From: Patescibacteria group bacterium
GTDB taxonomy: Bacteria > Patescibacteriota > Minisyncoccia > UBA6257 > 2-01-FULL-56-20
NCBI GenBank assembly: GCA_018971305.1
Contig: JAGXBC010000001.1
Location: 245,687 to 309,686 of the forward strand
Reading direction: 5' to 3'
Length of the DNA: 64,000 nt
Positions 28,100 to 39,030 of this stretch are shown here, in pieces. Positions within the stretch are counted from its first letter, which is position 1, and each line of letters opens with the position of its first letter. The notes under the pieces are model-generated. The model had not been told where the DNA came from, did no database searches, and saw nothing but the letters and a program-made list of their open reading frames with translations. The position numbers were made by a program, and so were the translations under genes.

Positions 28100-28861
28100 T
28101 TATTCGGATTGTTCGAGCCAACTGAATGAGAACTCGTGAAATAGCGTGAAAGCATTGAAGAGTTTCTTTATCCCAAATCTCTTCTGTAATGCTTCGCAGG
28201 TGAACCAGTAGTTGTGATGATGATCGCATATCACCACGGCATCTTTCAAGTCGGGTGGTGACAGTTCGGGCGAAAGAATTTCTTCGTCAGCCCAGAGTCT
28301 CTCTATCACTACAGGAGTAATGCCTCTGGCCTTCAGGCGCCATATCCATTGATTCGTAACCCATTCAATACGTTCAGGTTTCCGACTGATTTTATATTCA
28401 TCCGACGAGCCTTCCAGTCCTTCACTGTTGTGGTTCGCGATACACGCGCGAACCAATATAACTTTGGACGCTCCTTGGGATTGTTTCACGATCTCATCGA
28501 CGTAAATCTCGTATTTTTCAGCATCATCCTGCCGAATCACGAAAATCTGCCGATAGTGTTCGTCTCCGTACCTTCCGGTTTCCTCGTTTACCCAGGGTAC
28601 GATTTCTTGCTGTTTTTCCGTAAGTCTCATCGCGAGCCAAACTGTGCCGTCAATGAGAATACAGCAGCCATTCCGAAGATTCTCGCCATGAGCATGTTCC
28701 CAAATTTCTCCCGGCAAAAAGGGCAATTCTCTGGCAATATCTTCAATGGATGCACTGGCCGGGAATTCCCGCTTGAAAACAGTGTTCAGTTTTTCAACTT
28801 GAGCCGACAGATTTTCGTTGGCCCTGTAAATCACGATGATTTTTTCATTTTTCATAGCCAC
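28100..28861 (-). CDS. Hypothetical protein
   Basis: 253-aa ORF with SD-like GGAGAG; contains DHHH; no family recognised. Confidence 0.6.
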   Translation of the reverse strand: MAMKNEKIIVIYRANENLSAQVEKLNTVFKREFPASASIEDIARELPFLPGEIWEHAHGENLRNGCCILIDGTVWLAMRLTEKQQEIVPWVNEETGRYGDEHYRQIFVIRQDDAEKYEIYVDEIVKQSQGASKVILVRACIANHNSEGLEGSSDEYKISRKPERIEWVTNQWIWRLKARGITPVVIERLWADEEILSPELSPPDLKDAVVICDHHHNYWFTCEALQKRFGIKKLFNAFTLFHEFSFSWLEQSE

Positions 28862-29093
28862 TCTCCATTCCCGCCTGCCGTTTCCGGTCAGGACTTATAG
28901 GTTTTGATTTTCAAAGAACTTTCGGGTTATTCACCCTTTTTGAAATGACCAATTCTCAATCATCTCAAAAAGGGTGGCGTGTTTGGTTAAAACGCGCCGA
29001 GTTTTATAAGAATAGCCGGGGCGGGTCGTGAGTTGGGGGTGGGATCTGTGGAGATTTTACCTCACCCCCATTCTAAGCTTTTGATTCCAGTTG

Positions 29094-29315
29094 CTATTTG
29101 ATTCGTCCGGCAATTATGCCGTCAATCCATGGCACTATGACGCCCACCGGCATTTCAATGTCGGCGAGACATAGAGAACGCAGTCTCTGTAAGCAAGTCA
29201 TTCGTGTTGGTTCGGGAAGCCGATGGGCATATATTGCTGCTTTCTGATACCCCTCGACCTCAAGGATTTCTTCCATCCGCTTAATTTCTTCGTATGGGCT
29301 GACATTCATTGTCAT
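29094..29315 (-). CDS. Small hypothetical protein
   Basis: AAGGAG SD and TTGACA-17-TATTAT promoter upstream. Confidence 0.55.
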   Translation of the reverse strand: MTMNVSPYEEIKRMEEILEVEGYQKAAIYAHRLPEPTRMTCLQRLRSLCLADIEMPVGVIVPWIDGIIAGRIK

Positions 29316-29459
29316 GGCAAGCTCCTTTTCGGTTTTTGGTTTGTAGATATTATTCGATGTTCTACGTATATAATAACAAGTAATTTAACTAATGTCAAGT
29401 ATATTTGATGATAAAATATATGATAAAATAATATTGCAAATAAATATTAATCTGCTATA

Positions 29460-30227
29460 ATGTCAATAATGCTTGATGAAATAAATTCGAAAAAACTAAA
29501 TAGGGAACTCCAAGCACTCGGTTTAGACCGAAAATCCGCGGCGGTTTATATGTCGCTTTTGCACCTCGGCGAGGTCGGAAGTTCAAAAATTATCAATGAT
29601 ACCGACCTGCATGGGCAATACGTGTATCAGTCGCTCGAAAAATTGGAAAAAATGGGATTGGCTCAGCACATTATCAAGCGCGGGCGCAAAAAATTCACGG
29701 CAAAATCCCCTTCCGTTCTTGTGAAGCTAGCGGAGGAGCAAAAAATTCAAGCCGAGAAGCTGGCCGGAGAACTCAATAAATTGATGATCCTGCCGCCTGA
29801 GCAAACATTTGAGATCTACCAGGGCAGCGAATCATATATTTCGCACGAATTCGATCTGATAAACCGCGCGCCAGAAAATTGTGAGTTACTGATAATCGGC
29901 GGTTCCGGTGATAAGTTCAATGATGAAATGGGTGAACGCCTAAAGGAATATACAGGTATCCAATTCAAAAAAAATATTTCAATGAGGTATATCGGCTCTG
30001 AAGATCAGCGAGCAGCTATGCCTCAAATGCACGGCCCGCGGCGGAATTTCAAAATCCGTTATTTACCCGGGCTTTTTACGGGGCAGGTCAATACGAATCT
30101 TTGGCCGGACATATTGGGTTTCAATATCTACGGCGAGCCTGTGACGAGGTTTACGATATCAAGCAAAATTGTCGCCGAAAGCTACAAGCAATTTTTCGAA
30201 ACACTCTGGGGGTTGGCGAAAGAATAA
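29460..30227 (+). CDS. TrmB-family transcriptional regulator (wHTH plus effector domain)
   Basis: L..LGL....A.VY.SLL.LG...VY..L.KL...GL; E.YQG; FFE.LW C-terminus. Confidence 0.85.
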   Translation: MSIMLDEINSKKLNRELQALGLDRKSAAVYMSLLHLGEVGSSKIINDTDLHGQYVYQSLEKLEKMGLAQHIIKRGRKKFTAKSPSVLVKLAEEQKIQAEKLAGELNKLMILPPEQTFEIYQGSESYISHEFDLINRAPENCELLIIGGSGDKFNDEMGERLKEYTGIQFKKNISMRYIGSEDQRAAMPQMHGPRRNFKIRYLPGLFTGQVNTNLWPDILGFNIYGEPVTRFTISSKIVAESYKQFFETLWGLAKE

Positions 30228-30243
30228 CCCGCGCAAGGCATGG

Positions 30244-30759
30244 TTAATGTTTATCAGGAATAATATATAATCGCACGCCATTTTCCGATTCGACCTCCTT
30301 TAAATTAGGGAAAGCATAAATATTTGATATCACCTTTGTTCCGGGCGCGAGCTCGGTTTTTAATTTCTCTCCCAATTTTTTCATAATTCTCGGATATCCA
30401 TAAACAACGACAGTACTGTATTTATTGAGGTTTTCCTTCCAGTAGCTTTTCCAGTAGATAAAGGCTTTTTTCTGTAGATTCTCGAGTTTTATTTCCCGCC
30501 GGGAATACCAAACAAGCAGCGGGTTTATTTCGTAGCCATAGGCCTTTGCCCCTGATTTCGCGAGCGCTGTAACAATTCTGCCATCTCCGGAACCGAGGTC
30601 GGCGACCCTGTCCCCAACCTTAGGTTCTATAAATTTTATAATGGTTTCTATATTCGCCCGCTTAGTGGGGAAATACGCTGCGCCTTTTATAATCGGCCGC
30701 ACGAGGAGATAAATAATCGCAATGATTATTACACTGGTAAAAATATAAACAATCAGCAT
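30244..30759 (-). CDS. Membrane-anchored class I SAM-dependent methyltransferase
   Basis: GA.YFPT, DLGSGDGRIV, GYEINP, L.PGT.VIS. Confidence 0.9.
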   Translation of the reverse strand: MLIVYIFTSVIIIAIIYLLVRPIIKGAAYFPTKRANIETIIKFIEPKVGDRVADLGSGDGRIVTALAKSGAKAYGYEINPLLVWYSRREIKLENLQKKAFIYWKSYWKENLNKYSTVVVYGYPRIMKKLGEKLKTELAPGTKVISNIYAFPNLKEVESENGVRLYIIPDKH

Positions 30760-30760
30760 T

Positions 30761-32308
30761 CTATATTTCTTCTCTCAGTCTATAGCTGAACGCTTCCGCC
30801 AAATGTTCCACGGCAACCACATCTTTTGATTCCAAGTCAGCGATAGTGCGGGCGGTTTTGAGCAGTCGGTAATAGCCGCGCGGCGAAAGACGCGAACGGT
30901 CTAGTGTTTCCAAAAACTTTTCCGCGCCCGGTTCGAATTTGATCAAATCCTCCGTTTGCTTAGAGCTCATTTCCGAGTTTGTGGAAATTTTTTGCGTGGC
31001 GCGATGCGTGGTGAATCTCTCTGCCTGAATTTTTCTCACACGTTCCACCTTCTTTTTTATTTCGGGGCTCTGTGGTTCCAGATTTTTCTTCTCTCTTAGC
31101 TCGGCTATTTTTACGCGCGGAACTTTTACCTGCAGGTCTATTCTGTCCAAGAGCGGACCAGAAATTTTCTTCTGATATCGGATCACTTCGTAGGCGCTGC
31201 AGCGGCATTCTTTTTCTGGATCACCGTAGTATCCGCAGGGGCAGGGATTCATAGCGGCAACTAGAGAAAATTTTGCCGGGAAAGAAATCGTGTTCTTGGC
31301 GCGGGCCACCCTTACAACTCCAGATTCCAGGGGTTGGCGCAATGCCTCCAGAATATTTTTCTGAAACTCCGGAACTTCGTCCAGAAATAATATTCCCCTA
31401 TGCGCTAAACTGATCTCTCCTGGTTTGGGATCGGTGCCGCCGCCGATGACCGCGACAACAGATGCTGTCTGGTGCGGAGAGCGGAACGGCCGCTGGCTAA
31501 CGAGACCGCCAGAACTTAAGCCAGCGGCACTGTAAATACGTGTAATCTCTATCGCTTCGTTTAACGACAAACTAGGTAAAATGCCGATTAAGGCTTGCGC
31601 CATAAGGCTTTTCCCTACACCTGGCGGACCAGTCATCAACAGGTTATGCCCACCGGCAGCGGCGATGGTCAAGGCCCGCTTAGCGTTCTCCTGGCCCTTG
31701 ATCTCGGAAAAATCCGGAGAAGAAATTTCCTCTGATTGTATTGGTCTGAACTCAGCCGACTTGATAGATTTTCTTCCTTCTAGGAAATCTATGGCATCTT
31801 GGATTGTTTCTAGTGGTATAACTTTTATATTTTTAATGACGGCGGCCTCATTGGCATTCTCGTGCGGTAAAAATAAATATTCAAAACCTGATTTCTCGGC
31901 AAGCTCGGCAATGTTTAACCCCCCATTCGCCGGCCGCAGGCGTCCATCAAGCGCCAATTCCCCGATAAAAATTTTATTTTTAGCGTCAAACTCTTTTATC
32001 TGTTTAGTGGCAGCCAAATATCCGATGGCGATAGCCAAGTCATATTGTGAGCCGGCTTTTTTTACATCCGCCGGCGCGAGATTCACGGTAATTTTTCTGT
32101 TTTCCCTGTTCGGCGGCTTGATGCCGGAATTTTTTAAAGCAGAGTTCACTCTTTCCTTAGCTTCGTTCAGTGCTTTGTCGGCGAGACCGACGATATTAAA
32201 AGCATGAAGGCCGACGTTCAGGTCGACCTCTACTTCTATTAATTTTGCTTTTATTCCTTCCAGCTCTGCAGAATAGACCCGTGCGAGATTTTTTAACATT
32301 TTACGCAA
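30761..32308 (-). CDS. comM: ComM/YifB Mg-chelatase-like AAA+ ATPase
   Basis: ITVNLAPA, GELALDG, GPPGVGKS, PFRSPH, GEISLAHRG, MNPCPCG, SGPLLDRID. Confidence 0.95.
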   Translation of the reverse strand: MRKMLKNLARVYSAELEGIKAKLIEVEVDLNVGLHAFNIVGLADKALNEAKERVNSALKNSGIKPPNRENRKITVNLAPADVKKAGSQYDLAIAIGYLAATKQIKEFDAKNKIFIGELALDGRLRPANGGLNIAELAEKSGFEYLFLPHENANEAAVIKNIKVIPLETIQDAIDFLEGRKSIKSAEFRPIQSEEISSPDFSEIKGQENAKRALTIAAAGGHNLLMTGPPGVGKSLMAQALIGILPSLSLNEAIEITRIYSAAGLSSGGLVSQRPFRSPHQTASVVAVIGGGTDPKPGEISLAHRGILFLDEVPEFQKNILEALRQPLESGVVRVARAKNTISFPAKFSLVAAMNPCPCGYYGDPEKECRCSAYEVIRYQKKISGPLLDRIDLQVKVPRVKIAELREKKNLEPQSPEIKKKVERVRKIQAERFTTHRATQKISTNSEMSSKQTEDLIKFEPGAEKFLETLDRSRLSPRGYYRLLKTARTIADLESKDVVAVEHLAEAFSYRLREEI

Positions 32309-32335
32309 ACGCCAGTTTAATCGATTACAAATTTC

Positions 32336-32671
32336 TTATTTAGCGGCGGTTTTACAATTTTGGCACAACCGTGACTCTGGGGACACAGACAGTACTTTAT
32401 CACCTATTTCCCCTCCGCAGTTTTCACAGATACCATATTTACCATTTGTTATTTTTTCCAACGCCTCGTTTATTTCTTCTAGGCGGTTTTTAAAATCCTG
32501 GTCAAGCGCCAGTTGGTTGGTCATTTCCTCGGCTTCGTCAGCCTCTTCGTCATAGTGATCTACGTCGTTTCCAAAATCTTCCGGTTTAATATCCTTTTTT
32601 AATCTAGCAAGAATATTATCTCGTTCGGTCTCAAGCCTTGTTTTATATTCTCGTATTTTAGTTTGGTCCAT
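32336..32671 (-). CDS. DksA/TraR-family C4 zinc-finger protein
   Basis: Coiled coil with DEEADEA tip; YGICENCG...RLCQNC. Confidence 0.88.
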   Translation of the reverse strand: MDQTKIREYKTRLETERDNILARLKKDIKPEDFGNDVDHYDEEADEAEEMTNQLALDQDFKNRLEEINEALEKITNGKYGICENCGGEIGDKVLSVSPESRLCQNCKTAAK

Positions 32672-32998
32672 TTGTTTACTTAAGATTATTAGGTAGGCGG
32701 AGGCAAGTCAATGCCTTGATTGGTGGTTTTATCTAACTGGATATCAGGTGAAGGTAGATTGACAACCAACAAGTTTATTCCTTGTATAAGTATTTTTAGC
32801 AATCTTATTCTCTTGAGATGTTAATAATTATTTAAACAATGCGGCAATAATATACGGCAAAACCAATAAACGTTGAAAATAGCCGTTGCCGCATTATATG
32901 ACAAACATTTTTGTTTATCAACAATAAAATTAATAATCTATTAATATAATCCAATAGCGTTGAAAAATATAGATTTAAGTAAAAATATCGTATGAAAA

Positions 32999-33113
32999 GT
33001 TTGGCGACAAACAATATTTAGCATAAAATAGTTATTATCTTTTAAATATTTATGATTAAAAATGTTTATCGCCAAACATAGCAAATAAAAGATACTATGT
33101 TTGGCGATAAACA
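32999..33113. repeat. 19-bp perfect inverted repeat plus a third partial copy upstream of yraN
   Basis: TGTTTATCGCCAAACATAG (33063-33081) and CTATGTTTGGCGATAAACA (33095-33113); GTTTGGCGACAAACA at ~32999. Confidence 0.85.
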
Positions 33114-33156
33114 AAGACATTGTTCTAGGGCGTCCTCCGTGATAGTCTTTTAATCA

Positions 33157-33534
33157 ATGGCCGAGCATAATATTGTTGGTAAAATTGGTGAAAATTTTGC
33201 CTGTGAATATATTATTAAAAAAGGATATAAGATTTTATATCGAAATTATAAAGAAAAATGGGATGAAATAGATATCATAGCAAAAAATAGAGATGGGACC
33301 GTGGTATTTTTTGAGGTCAAGACAATAAAGAATTATAAGGATAGTGATGATCATATTGTCCCCGAGGACAATATGACAGAATCCAAATTGGCTAAGATTT
33401 CTAGGGCATGTCAGATGTTTGCCGCCAAACATTCAGAATTAGTCATTGAAGATAAGGGTTGGCAAATAGATCTTCTTGCCTTGACAATTAAAGATGATAA
33501 TTGTATAATTAAACATTATGAGAATATCGCCTAA
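33157..33534 (+). CDS. yraN: YraN/UPF0102 PD-(D/E)XK nuclease-like protein
   Basis: G..GE..A..Y...KGY.IL.RNY....EIDIIA...VFFEVK. Confidence 0.92.
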   Translation: MAEHNIVGKIGENFACEYIIKKGYKILYRNYKEKWDEIDIIAKNRDGTVVFFEVKTIKNYKDSDDHIVPEDNMTESKLAKISRACQMFAAKHSELVIEDKGWQIDLLALTIKDDNCIIKHYENIA

Positions 33535-33551
33535 GATATTAATCTAAAGAA

Positions 33552-34493
33552 ATGGAAGAATTAAATGGTAAAAACTTGGATAATAAAAAAGAATACCCCG
33601 CCGAGTCGGGCGTAAGTTTTGATAAATTTGTTGAGGGCGGTATAGAGATATCTTTGGCGCACATAAGAGATAATTATGAAAATAGAAAAAACCCCCTTGA
33701 AAATTTAGCATTCCATAACACCGGACATACAAAGACCATAGTGAGACGCGTTGACAAAATTCTTGAAGCGCTTGGGGCGGATACGAGAACAAGAAGCCTC
33801 GGGAGGTTATTTGCCGGTGGTCATGACACGGTGCAAAATTGGGAAGCCAAAACTGCCGAGAACGGCAACATAGTAAGAGATCGTTCCCCGTTTCCTAACG
33901 AGCGGGATAGTTTCAGAATGATTGGAGATTATATGGAAGCGGTTAATAAGAACGAGGGGAGAGAAATTTTTACCGAAGAAGATATAGCGCTCGGTGATGA
34001 AGCTATCATGGCGACAAAGGCAAGCGGTCCGGGAAGTTGGGACAGTGAGCGCGGTACGGTTATACAGCAGAACCTCAATGAAAAATCATCCCTACTGGCC
34101 CGCGTTTTGGCGCTTGCTGACATTGGCGGTGCCGGAATGGATGGAGGGAAACAGTTTATCTATGAAGGCAATACTTTTTTCCGAGAAGATAACCTTGATA
34201 TCTTAGATGTAATGAGTCATGCGGAAAAATTATCCGCGCTTACCGATGAACAAAAAGAGTCATTACGGAAAAGGATGATTTCTTGGGGTGTTTCCCAGCA
34301 GAAATTTGCCGAAGGAAGAATGGCTAGGTTTGAAATGGAAATTGCCGGCTTAACCGAAAAAGAAAAAGACGTTCTGAGAAAAGAAATTTTTAACAAATTT
34401 GATAATTCTATAGAGGCCGTTAAAAATAAGGCTAGCGAGCGGGAATCTATGGGTTTTGAAGAATTAGCGAGGGATTTTGGTTATACAATATAA
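33552..34493 (+). CDS. HD-domain metal-dependent phosphohydrolase-like protein
   Basis: FHNTGHT...HD...NE..S...LADIG pattern. Confidence 0.65.
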   Translation: MEELNGKNLDNKKEYPAESGVSFDKFVEGGIEISLAHIRDNYENRKNPLENLAFHNTGHTKTIVRRVDKILEALGADTRTRSLGRLFAGGHDTVQNWEAKTAENGNIVRDRSPFPNERDSFRMIGDYMEAVNKNEGREIFTEEDIALGDEAIMATKASGPGSWDSERGTVIQQNLNEKSSLLARVLALADIGGAGMDGGKQFIYEGNTFFREDNLDILDVMSHAEKLSALTDEQKESLRKRMISWGVSQQKFAEGRMARFEMEIAGLTEKEKDVLRKEIFNKFDNSIEAVKNKASERESMGFEELARDFGYTI

Positions 34494-34511
34494 TATCACC
34501 ATGACAGCGTG

Positions 34512-34567
34512 TTGACTTCTGCCGTGGTTCACATATAATTAATTAAACATCCGCTTTTTAAGCGGAT
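34512..34567 (+). promoter_or_regulatory. nusA promoter and leader hairpin
   Basis: TTGACT-16-TATAAT, then ATCCGCTT/AAGCGGAT stem at 34549-34567. Confidence 0.55.
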
Positions 34568-34618
34568 TGCGTCGTTTTTAAGGGAGTCAAATTAAAGGTT
34601 ATAATTTATATATAGAAG

Positions 34619-35917
34619 ATGATCAATATAAAAGATTTAGGAAAGGCATTGAAACAGGTTGCCGAGGAGAAGGGTCTGCAACCGGAAAAAGTTTTAGAAG
34701 CAATAGAGGCCTCAATTGCCGCCGCGTACAAAAAGGAATACGGAGAGCGCGGGGAAATAGTGAAGTGCAAGCTGGACCAGAAAACCGGAGAGCTTAAATT
34801 TTGGCAAATAAAAACCGTAGTTGACGAGACCGCGGTGCGTTTTATTGAAGAAGATGAAGCGATTGAGGGCGGAGAAGCGGCTGGAGCCAAGGAGGCCGGG
34901 GCGCAAGACAAAGAAAATAAAAAGAAAGTAGAGAAGAGGCCGGAAGCGCAGCCGTTTTCTGAAGACGAAGAGCAAAAACTCCCGCGCTATAATTCTGAGC
35001 GCCATATTCTTTTGGAAGAAGCGAAAAAAATAAAGAAGGATTTGATCTTAGGTGAGGAACTTACCTTCCCGCTGGAGACCCATGAGGATTTCGGAAGAAT
35101 TGCCGCACAAACAGCCAAACAAGTTATCTTACAGAAACTTAGAGAATCAGAGAGGGATTCAATCTTGGGAGAGTGGCACGATAAAGAAGGAGGCATTGTG
35201 AGCGGCGTTGTCCAGCGTTTTGAACGCGGGCATGTTTACGTTGATTTAGGCAGAACCATAGGTGTGATGTTCGCTAATGAATCTATACCAGGAGAACACT
35301 ACCGTGCCGGAGAAAGATTAAGATTTTTGGTTTTGGCGGTTCAGGAAGACGCTCGGCTTCCGGGCATAGTTCTTTCGCGATCGCACCCTAAATTTGTGAT
35401 GGAACTTTTCCGTATGGAAGTTCCCGAGCTTGCCGAGGGTAATGTGGAAATAAAATCAATCGCTCGCGAACCTGGCAACAGAACCAAATTAGCCGTAGCT
35501 TCTAAGGCGGATGGGGTTGACCCCGTTGGTGCGCTTGTCGGTCAGAGGGGGACGCGCGTGATGTCGGTAAACAATGAATTGGGTCAAGAAAAGATTGATA
35601 TAGCAGAGTGGTCCGAAGACCCGGAAAAATTTATCAGCAATTCCTTGTCGCCGGCGAAAGTACAGCGTGTGGAGATTTTGCCGAGGCGTGAGGCACGTGT
35701 TTATGTTCCGGAGGACCAATTGAGTTTGGCCATCGGCAAGGGCGGTCAGAATGTTCGCTTAGCGGCGCGGCTTACCGGTTGGAAAATAGATGTGCGTTCC
35801 GAGAGGCGTCCAGAAGAAGTGCAGGAAGGTGGAATAGCCGGCACCGCTCCAATTGAGGACCAGATACCCGCCGAGCCGGCTCCCGACCCTGAGGAAAGGG
35901 GCGATTTGAGCGTGTAG
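34619..35917 (+). CDS. nusA: Transcription termination/antitermination factor NusA
   Basis: FGRIAAQTAKQV, S1 domain, AREPG.RTK, QLSLAIGKGGQNVRLA. Confidence 0.98.
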   Translation: MINIKDLGKALKQVAEEKGLQPEKVLEAIEASIAAAYKKEYGERGEIVKCKLDQKTGELKFWQIKTVVDETAVRFIEEDEAIEGGEAAGAKEAGAQDKENKKKVEKRPEAQPFSEDEEQKLPRYNSERHILLEEAKKIKKDLILGEELTFPLETHEDFGRIAAQTAKQVILQKLRESERDSILGEWHDKEGGIVSGVVQRFERGHVYVDLGRTIGVMFANESIPGEHYRAGERLRFLVLAVQEDARLPGIVLSRSHPKFVMELFRMEVPELAEGNVEIKSIAREPGNRTKLAVASKADGVDPVGALVGQRGTRVMSVNNELGQEKIDIAEWSEDPEKFISNSLSPAKVQRVEILPRREARVYVPEDQLSLAIGKGGQNVRLAARLTGWKIDVRSERRPEEVQEGGIAGTAPIEDQIPAEPAPDPEERGDLSV

Positions 35918-35992
35918 ATTTTTGTTTTAATTATTGAAAAATCGCGGTTTTGCGATAAAATAAAGCTATAAATTAATATAACTAAATAAAAT

Positions 35993-37978
35993 ATGATTAC
36001 CTTCGCAATTGTAGCTTCTTTGGTGGCAATAATCGTTGCCCTAGTTTTGTCTTGGAGCATACTGCGGGAACCTGCAGGAGAAAAGCAGATGCAGGAAATA
36101 GCGAGCGCTATCCAGATCGGAGCATCTGCTTATTTGAATAGGCAATATAAAACCGTCGCTGCCGTAGCCGTTGTTGTTGCTTTGCTTATAGGCTGGTTCC
36201 TGGGAATGACGACTATGGTCGGATTTATAATCGGGGCCTTCGCTTCGGCTTTGGCCGGATATGTTGGGATGAACGTTGCGGTACGGGCGAATGTTCGCAC
36301 CACCCAGGCTGCGCGTTCCGGATTGCATAAAGCGCTAAGCATTGCTTTTAGGGGCGGGGCTGTTACTGGTTTCCTTGTAGCTGGCCTAGCACTTTTTTCT
36401 GTTTCCACATTTTATTTTTTCACAAAAAATGTTTCTGCTTTAATAGGCCTGGGATTTGGAGGAAGTTTAATATCCATCTTTGCCCGCTTGGGCGGAGGAA
36501 TTTTTACGAAGGGCGCTGATGTTGGCGCGGACTTAGTGGGCAAAGTTGAAGCCGGAATCCCGGAGGACGATCCGCGCAACCCGGCGGTTATTGCGGATAA
36601 TGTCGGCGACAATGTTGGCGACGACGCCGGCATGGCCGCTGACCTTTTTGAAACTTACGCCGTGACAACGGTAGCGGCGATGATTTTAGGAAAAATTACT
36701 TTCCCCGGGAACGAAGGCATAATTACTCTGCCGCTTCTCATAGGAGGAATTACGATAATCGCTTCGCTCCTTGGGCTATTCTTTGTCCGTCTTGGTAAAA
36801 GCCTTGATATTATGAAGGCTTTGTATAAGGGTCTTATTTCCGCTAGCGTTATTTCCCTTGCCGGTTTCTGGTTTTTAGCCGCCAACTACGGCACGTCTTT
36901 ATCTCTTTCTTTTGATAAACTTTTTTACCCGATGGTCATCGGTGTTGCCGTGACCGCTTTTATGGTTTTAATAACGGAATACTATACTTCAAAAAGTTTT
37001 CGGCCGGTGCGTTCAATTGCCGAGGCATCCAAAACCGGACATGGTACGAATGTGATCACCGGGCTTTCTGTTGGCATGGAAGCCACTGCTATGCCGGTTG
37101 TTGTTATCGTGGCCGGCATTCTTTCCGCATTTTATTTTAACGGCGTTTATGGGGTGGCGCTTGCTGCAACAAGTATGCTTGGTATGGCGGGAATAATTAT
37201 TGCTATAGACGCCTTTGGTCCGATAACTGACAACGCCGGCGGTATCGCCGAGATGGCCGGGCTTCCGGAATCAGTGCGCAAGGTGACAGATTCCTTGGAC
37301 GCGGTAGGCAACACTACTAAGGCGGTAACTAAGGGTTATGCCATAGGATCGGCAGGGCTTGCGGCGCTTGTACTCTTCTCTTCTTATGTTCAAGAGTTGC
37401 AAACACACTACGGCTCACGTCCTGCACTTTTTGATCTTAACGACCCAAAGGTTCTAATAGGTTTATTGCTTGGAGGCATGATTCCATATTTATTTGCTTC
37501 AATTTCTATGAGGGCGGTTGGTAAGGCCGCGAGCAGTGTTGTTGTGGAAGTGCGAAGACAGTTTAAAGAAATTCCGGGGATTATGGCTGGCACAGCAAAA
37601 CCGGATTACGCGAAATGCGTGGATATTGTGGCTTCGGCGGCAATCAAGGAAATGGTTGTGCCCGCGCTTCTGCCCGTTGTTGTGCCTATCGCCGTAGCAT
37701 TCATTCTTGGTCCGATTGCTTTGGGAGGATTGCTTGTTGGTTCGATTGTAACCGGCTTATTCGTTGCTATTTCCATGACCTCCGGCGGCGCGGCTTGGGA
37801 CAATGCCAAGAAATACATTGAGGAGGGCAACTTGGGCGGTAAGGGTTCGGAGGCGCACAAAGCGGCAGTTACTGGGGACACTGTCGGCGACCCCTACAAA
37901 GACACTGCCGGCCCGGCGATAAATCCCGTTATCAAGATAATTAATATAATTGCTTTATTACTAGTTCCATTTTTATAA
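35993..37978 (+). CDS. hppA: Membrane-integral ion-pumping pyrophosphatase, K+-independent H+-PPase type
   Basis: [34 protein letters not shown]; GNTTKA has the Lys of the K+-independent class. Confidence 0.95.
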   Translation: MITFAIVASLVAIIVALVLSWSILREPAGEKQMQEIASAIQIGASAYLNRQYKTVAAVAVVVALLIGWFLGMTTMVGFIIGAFASALAGYVGMNVAVRANVRTTQAARSGLHKALSIAFRGGAVTGFLVAGLALFSVSTFYFFTKNVSALIGLGFGGSLISIFARLGGGIFTKGADVGADLVGKVEAGIPEDDPRNPAVIADNVGDNVGDDAGMAADLFETYAVTTVAAMILGKITFPGNEGIITLPLLIGGITIIASLLGLFFVRLGKSLDIMKALYKGLISASVISLAGFWFLAANYGTSLSLSFDKLFYPMVIGVAVTAFMVLITEYYTSKSFRPVRSIAEASKTGHGTNVITGLSVGMEATAMPVVVIVAGILSAFYFNGVYGVALAATSMLGMAGIIIAIDAFGPITDNAGGIAEMAGLPESVRKVTDSLDAVGNTTKAVTKGYAIGSAGLAALVLFSSYVQELQTHYGSRPALFDLNDPKVLIGLLLGGMIPYLFASISMRAVGKAASSVVVEVRRQFKEIPGIMAGTAKPDYAKCVDIVASAAIKEMVVPALLPVVVPIAVAFILGPIALGGLLVGSIVTGLFVAISMTSGGAAWDNAKKYIEEGNLGGKGSEAHKAAVTGDTVGDPYKDTAGPAINPVIKIINIIALLLVPFL

Positions 37979-37985
37979 TTAAATT

Positions 37986-38588
37986 ATGAGCGAATTCAGC
38001 CAATATTTAATTCCAACTGTTATCGAGAAATCGCAGAATGGCGAGCGGGCTTACGATATTTATTCTCGTCTGCTCAAAGACCGCATAATCTTTTTAGGAG
38101 GAGGAATAAACGATGTTGTGGCAAACGCCATTATTGCCCAGCTCTTGTTTTTGGAGCACGAAGACCCCAAGAAAGATATCAAGCTTTATATAAACTCTCC
38201 GGGAGGTTCGGTCACGGCAGGAATGGCGATTTACGACACGATGCAGTTTATTAAGCCGGACGTTTCCACAATGTGCGTGGGCATAGCGGCTTCTATGGGC
38301 GCATTTCTTTTGGCTGCAGGACAAAGGGGCAAGCGGCTCGCCCTCCCCAATTCTCAGATTCTTCTGCACCAGGTAGCGGTGGAATCGATTGGCGGCCAGG
38401 CCTCGGAAATAGAAATTTCAGCCAAGCAAATCGTAAAAACAAAAGAACGCCTGAATCATATTCTCTCCAAGCACACGGGTCAGCTGATAGTTAAGGTAGA
38501 AAAAGATACCGACCGCGACTTCTGGCTTTCCGCCGACGAGGCCAAGGCCTACGGAGTTGTGGACGAAATAATCAAAACAAGGAAGTAG
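37986..38588 (+). CDS. clpP: ATP-dependent Clp protease proteolytic subunit
   Basis: [26 protein letters not shown]. Confidence 0.97.
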   Translation: MSEFSQYLIPTVIEKSQNGERAYDIYSRLLKDRIIFLGGGINDVVANAIIAQLLFLEHEDPKKDIKLYINSPGGSVTAGMAIYDTMQFIKPDVSTMCVGIAASMGAFLLAAGQRGKRLALPNSQILLHQVAVESIGGQASEIEISAKQIVKTKERLNHILSKHTGQLIVKVEKDTDRDFWLSADEAKAYGVVDEIIKTRK

Positions 38589-38619
38589 TAGCCGCTAGGG
38601 CCGAGCCGATATTCTATTT

Positions 38620-38967
38620 TTAGTTAGCCTCGCTGAGGTGCTGTTCTTTGAATTTTAGCTCAAGGTCTTTCTCGGCCAAAAAATTTACGTAAAGAAGTAA
38701 TTCATCCTTACTATTTCTTATTTCTAAATAATCGGGCATCCGTTTATCTAGGCGATCTATATTAATTTTATATTCGCCATTTGCAACTGCCTCCCAGAAA
38801 CTGTCGCGCTGTATAAGGTCAAAAAAGTAGATGGCCCTTTCTCCCGCTGAAAACTGTTCGCTAAGGGAAGATTTGCCGTCAGACAACTTTTCTTTTTCCG
38901 GTTGATCGGCTGGCAGACGACGCTCCGCTCCCGGTTCAGATTTTGGTTTTTCCATACCTATGAACAT
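38620..38967 (-). CDS. Hypothetical protein
   Basis: 115-aa ORF filling the clpP-tyrS gap. Confidence 0.5.
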   Translation of the reverse strand: MFIGMEKPKSEPGAERRLPADQPEKEKLSDGKSSLSEQFSAGERAIYFFDLIQRDSFWEAVANGEYKINIDRLDKRMPDYLEIRNSKDELLLYVNFLAEKDLELKFKEQHLSEAN

Positions 38968-39030
38968 AAGTTATATTGGGATAATAGTCAAAGACTTCCA
39001 GCGCGGTTTTTATTCTGTTAGAATAGTTAA

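Noticed and set aside
29409-29430. TGATAAAATA direct repeat as a TrmB operator
   Set aside because: Two copies in very AT-rich DNA could arise by chance; not supportable without data
32832-33014. 60-aa minus-strand ORF in the AT-rich spacer
   Set aside because: Low-complexity AT-driven ORF overlapping a repeat, with no supporting signals
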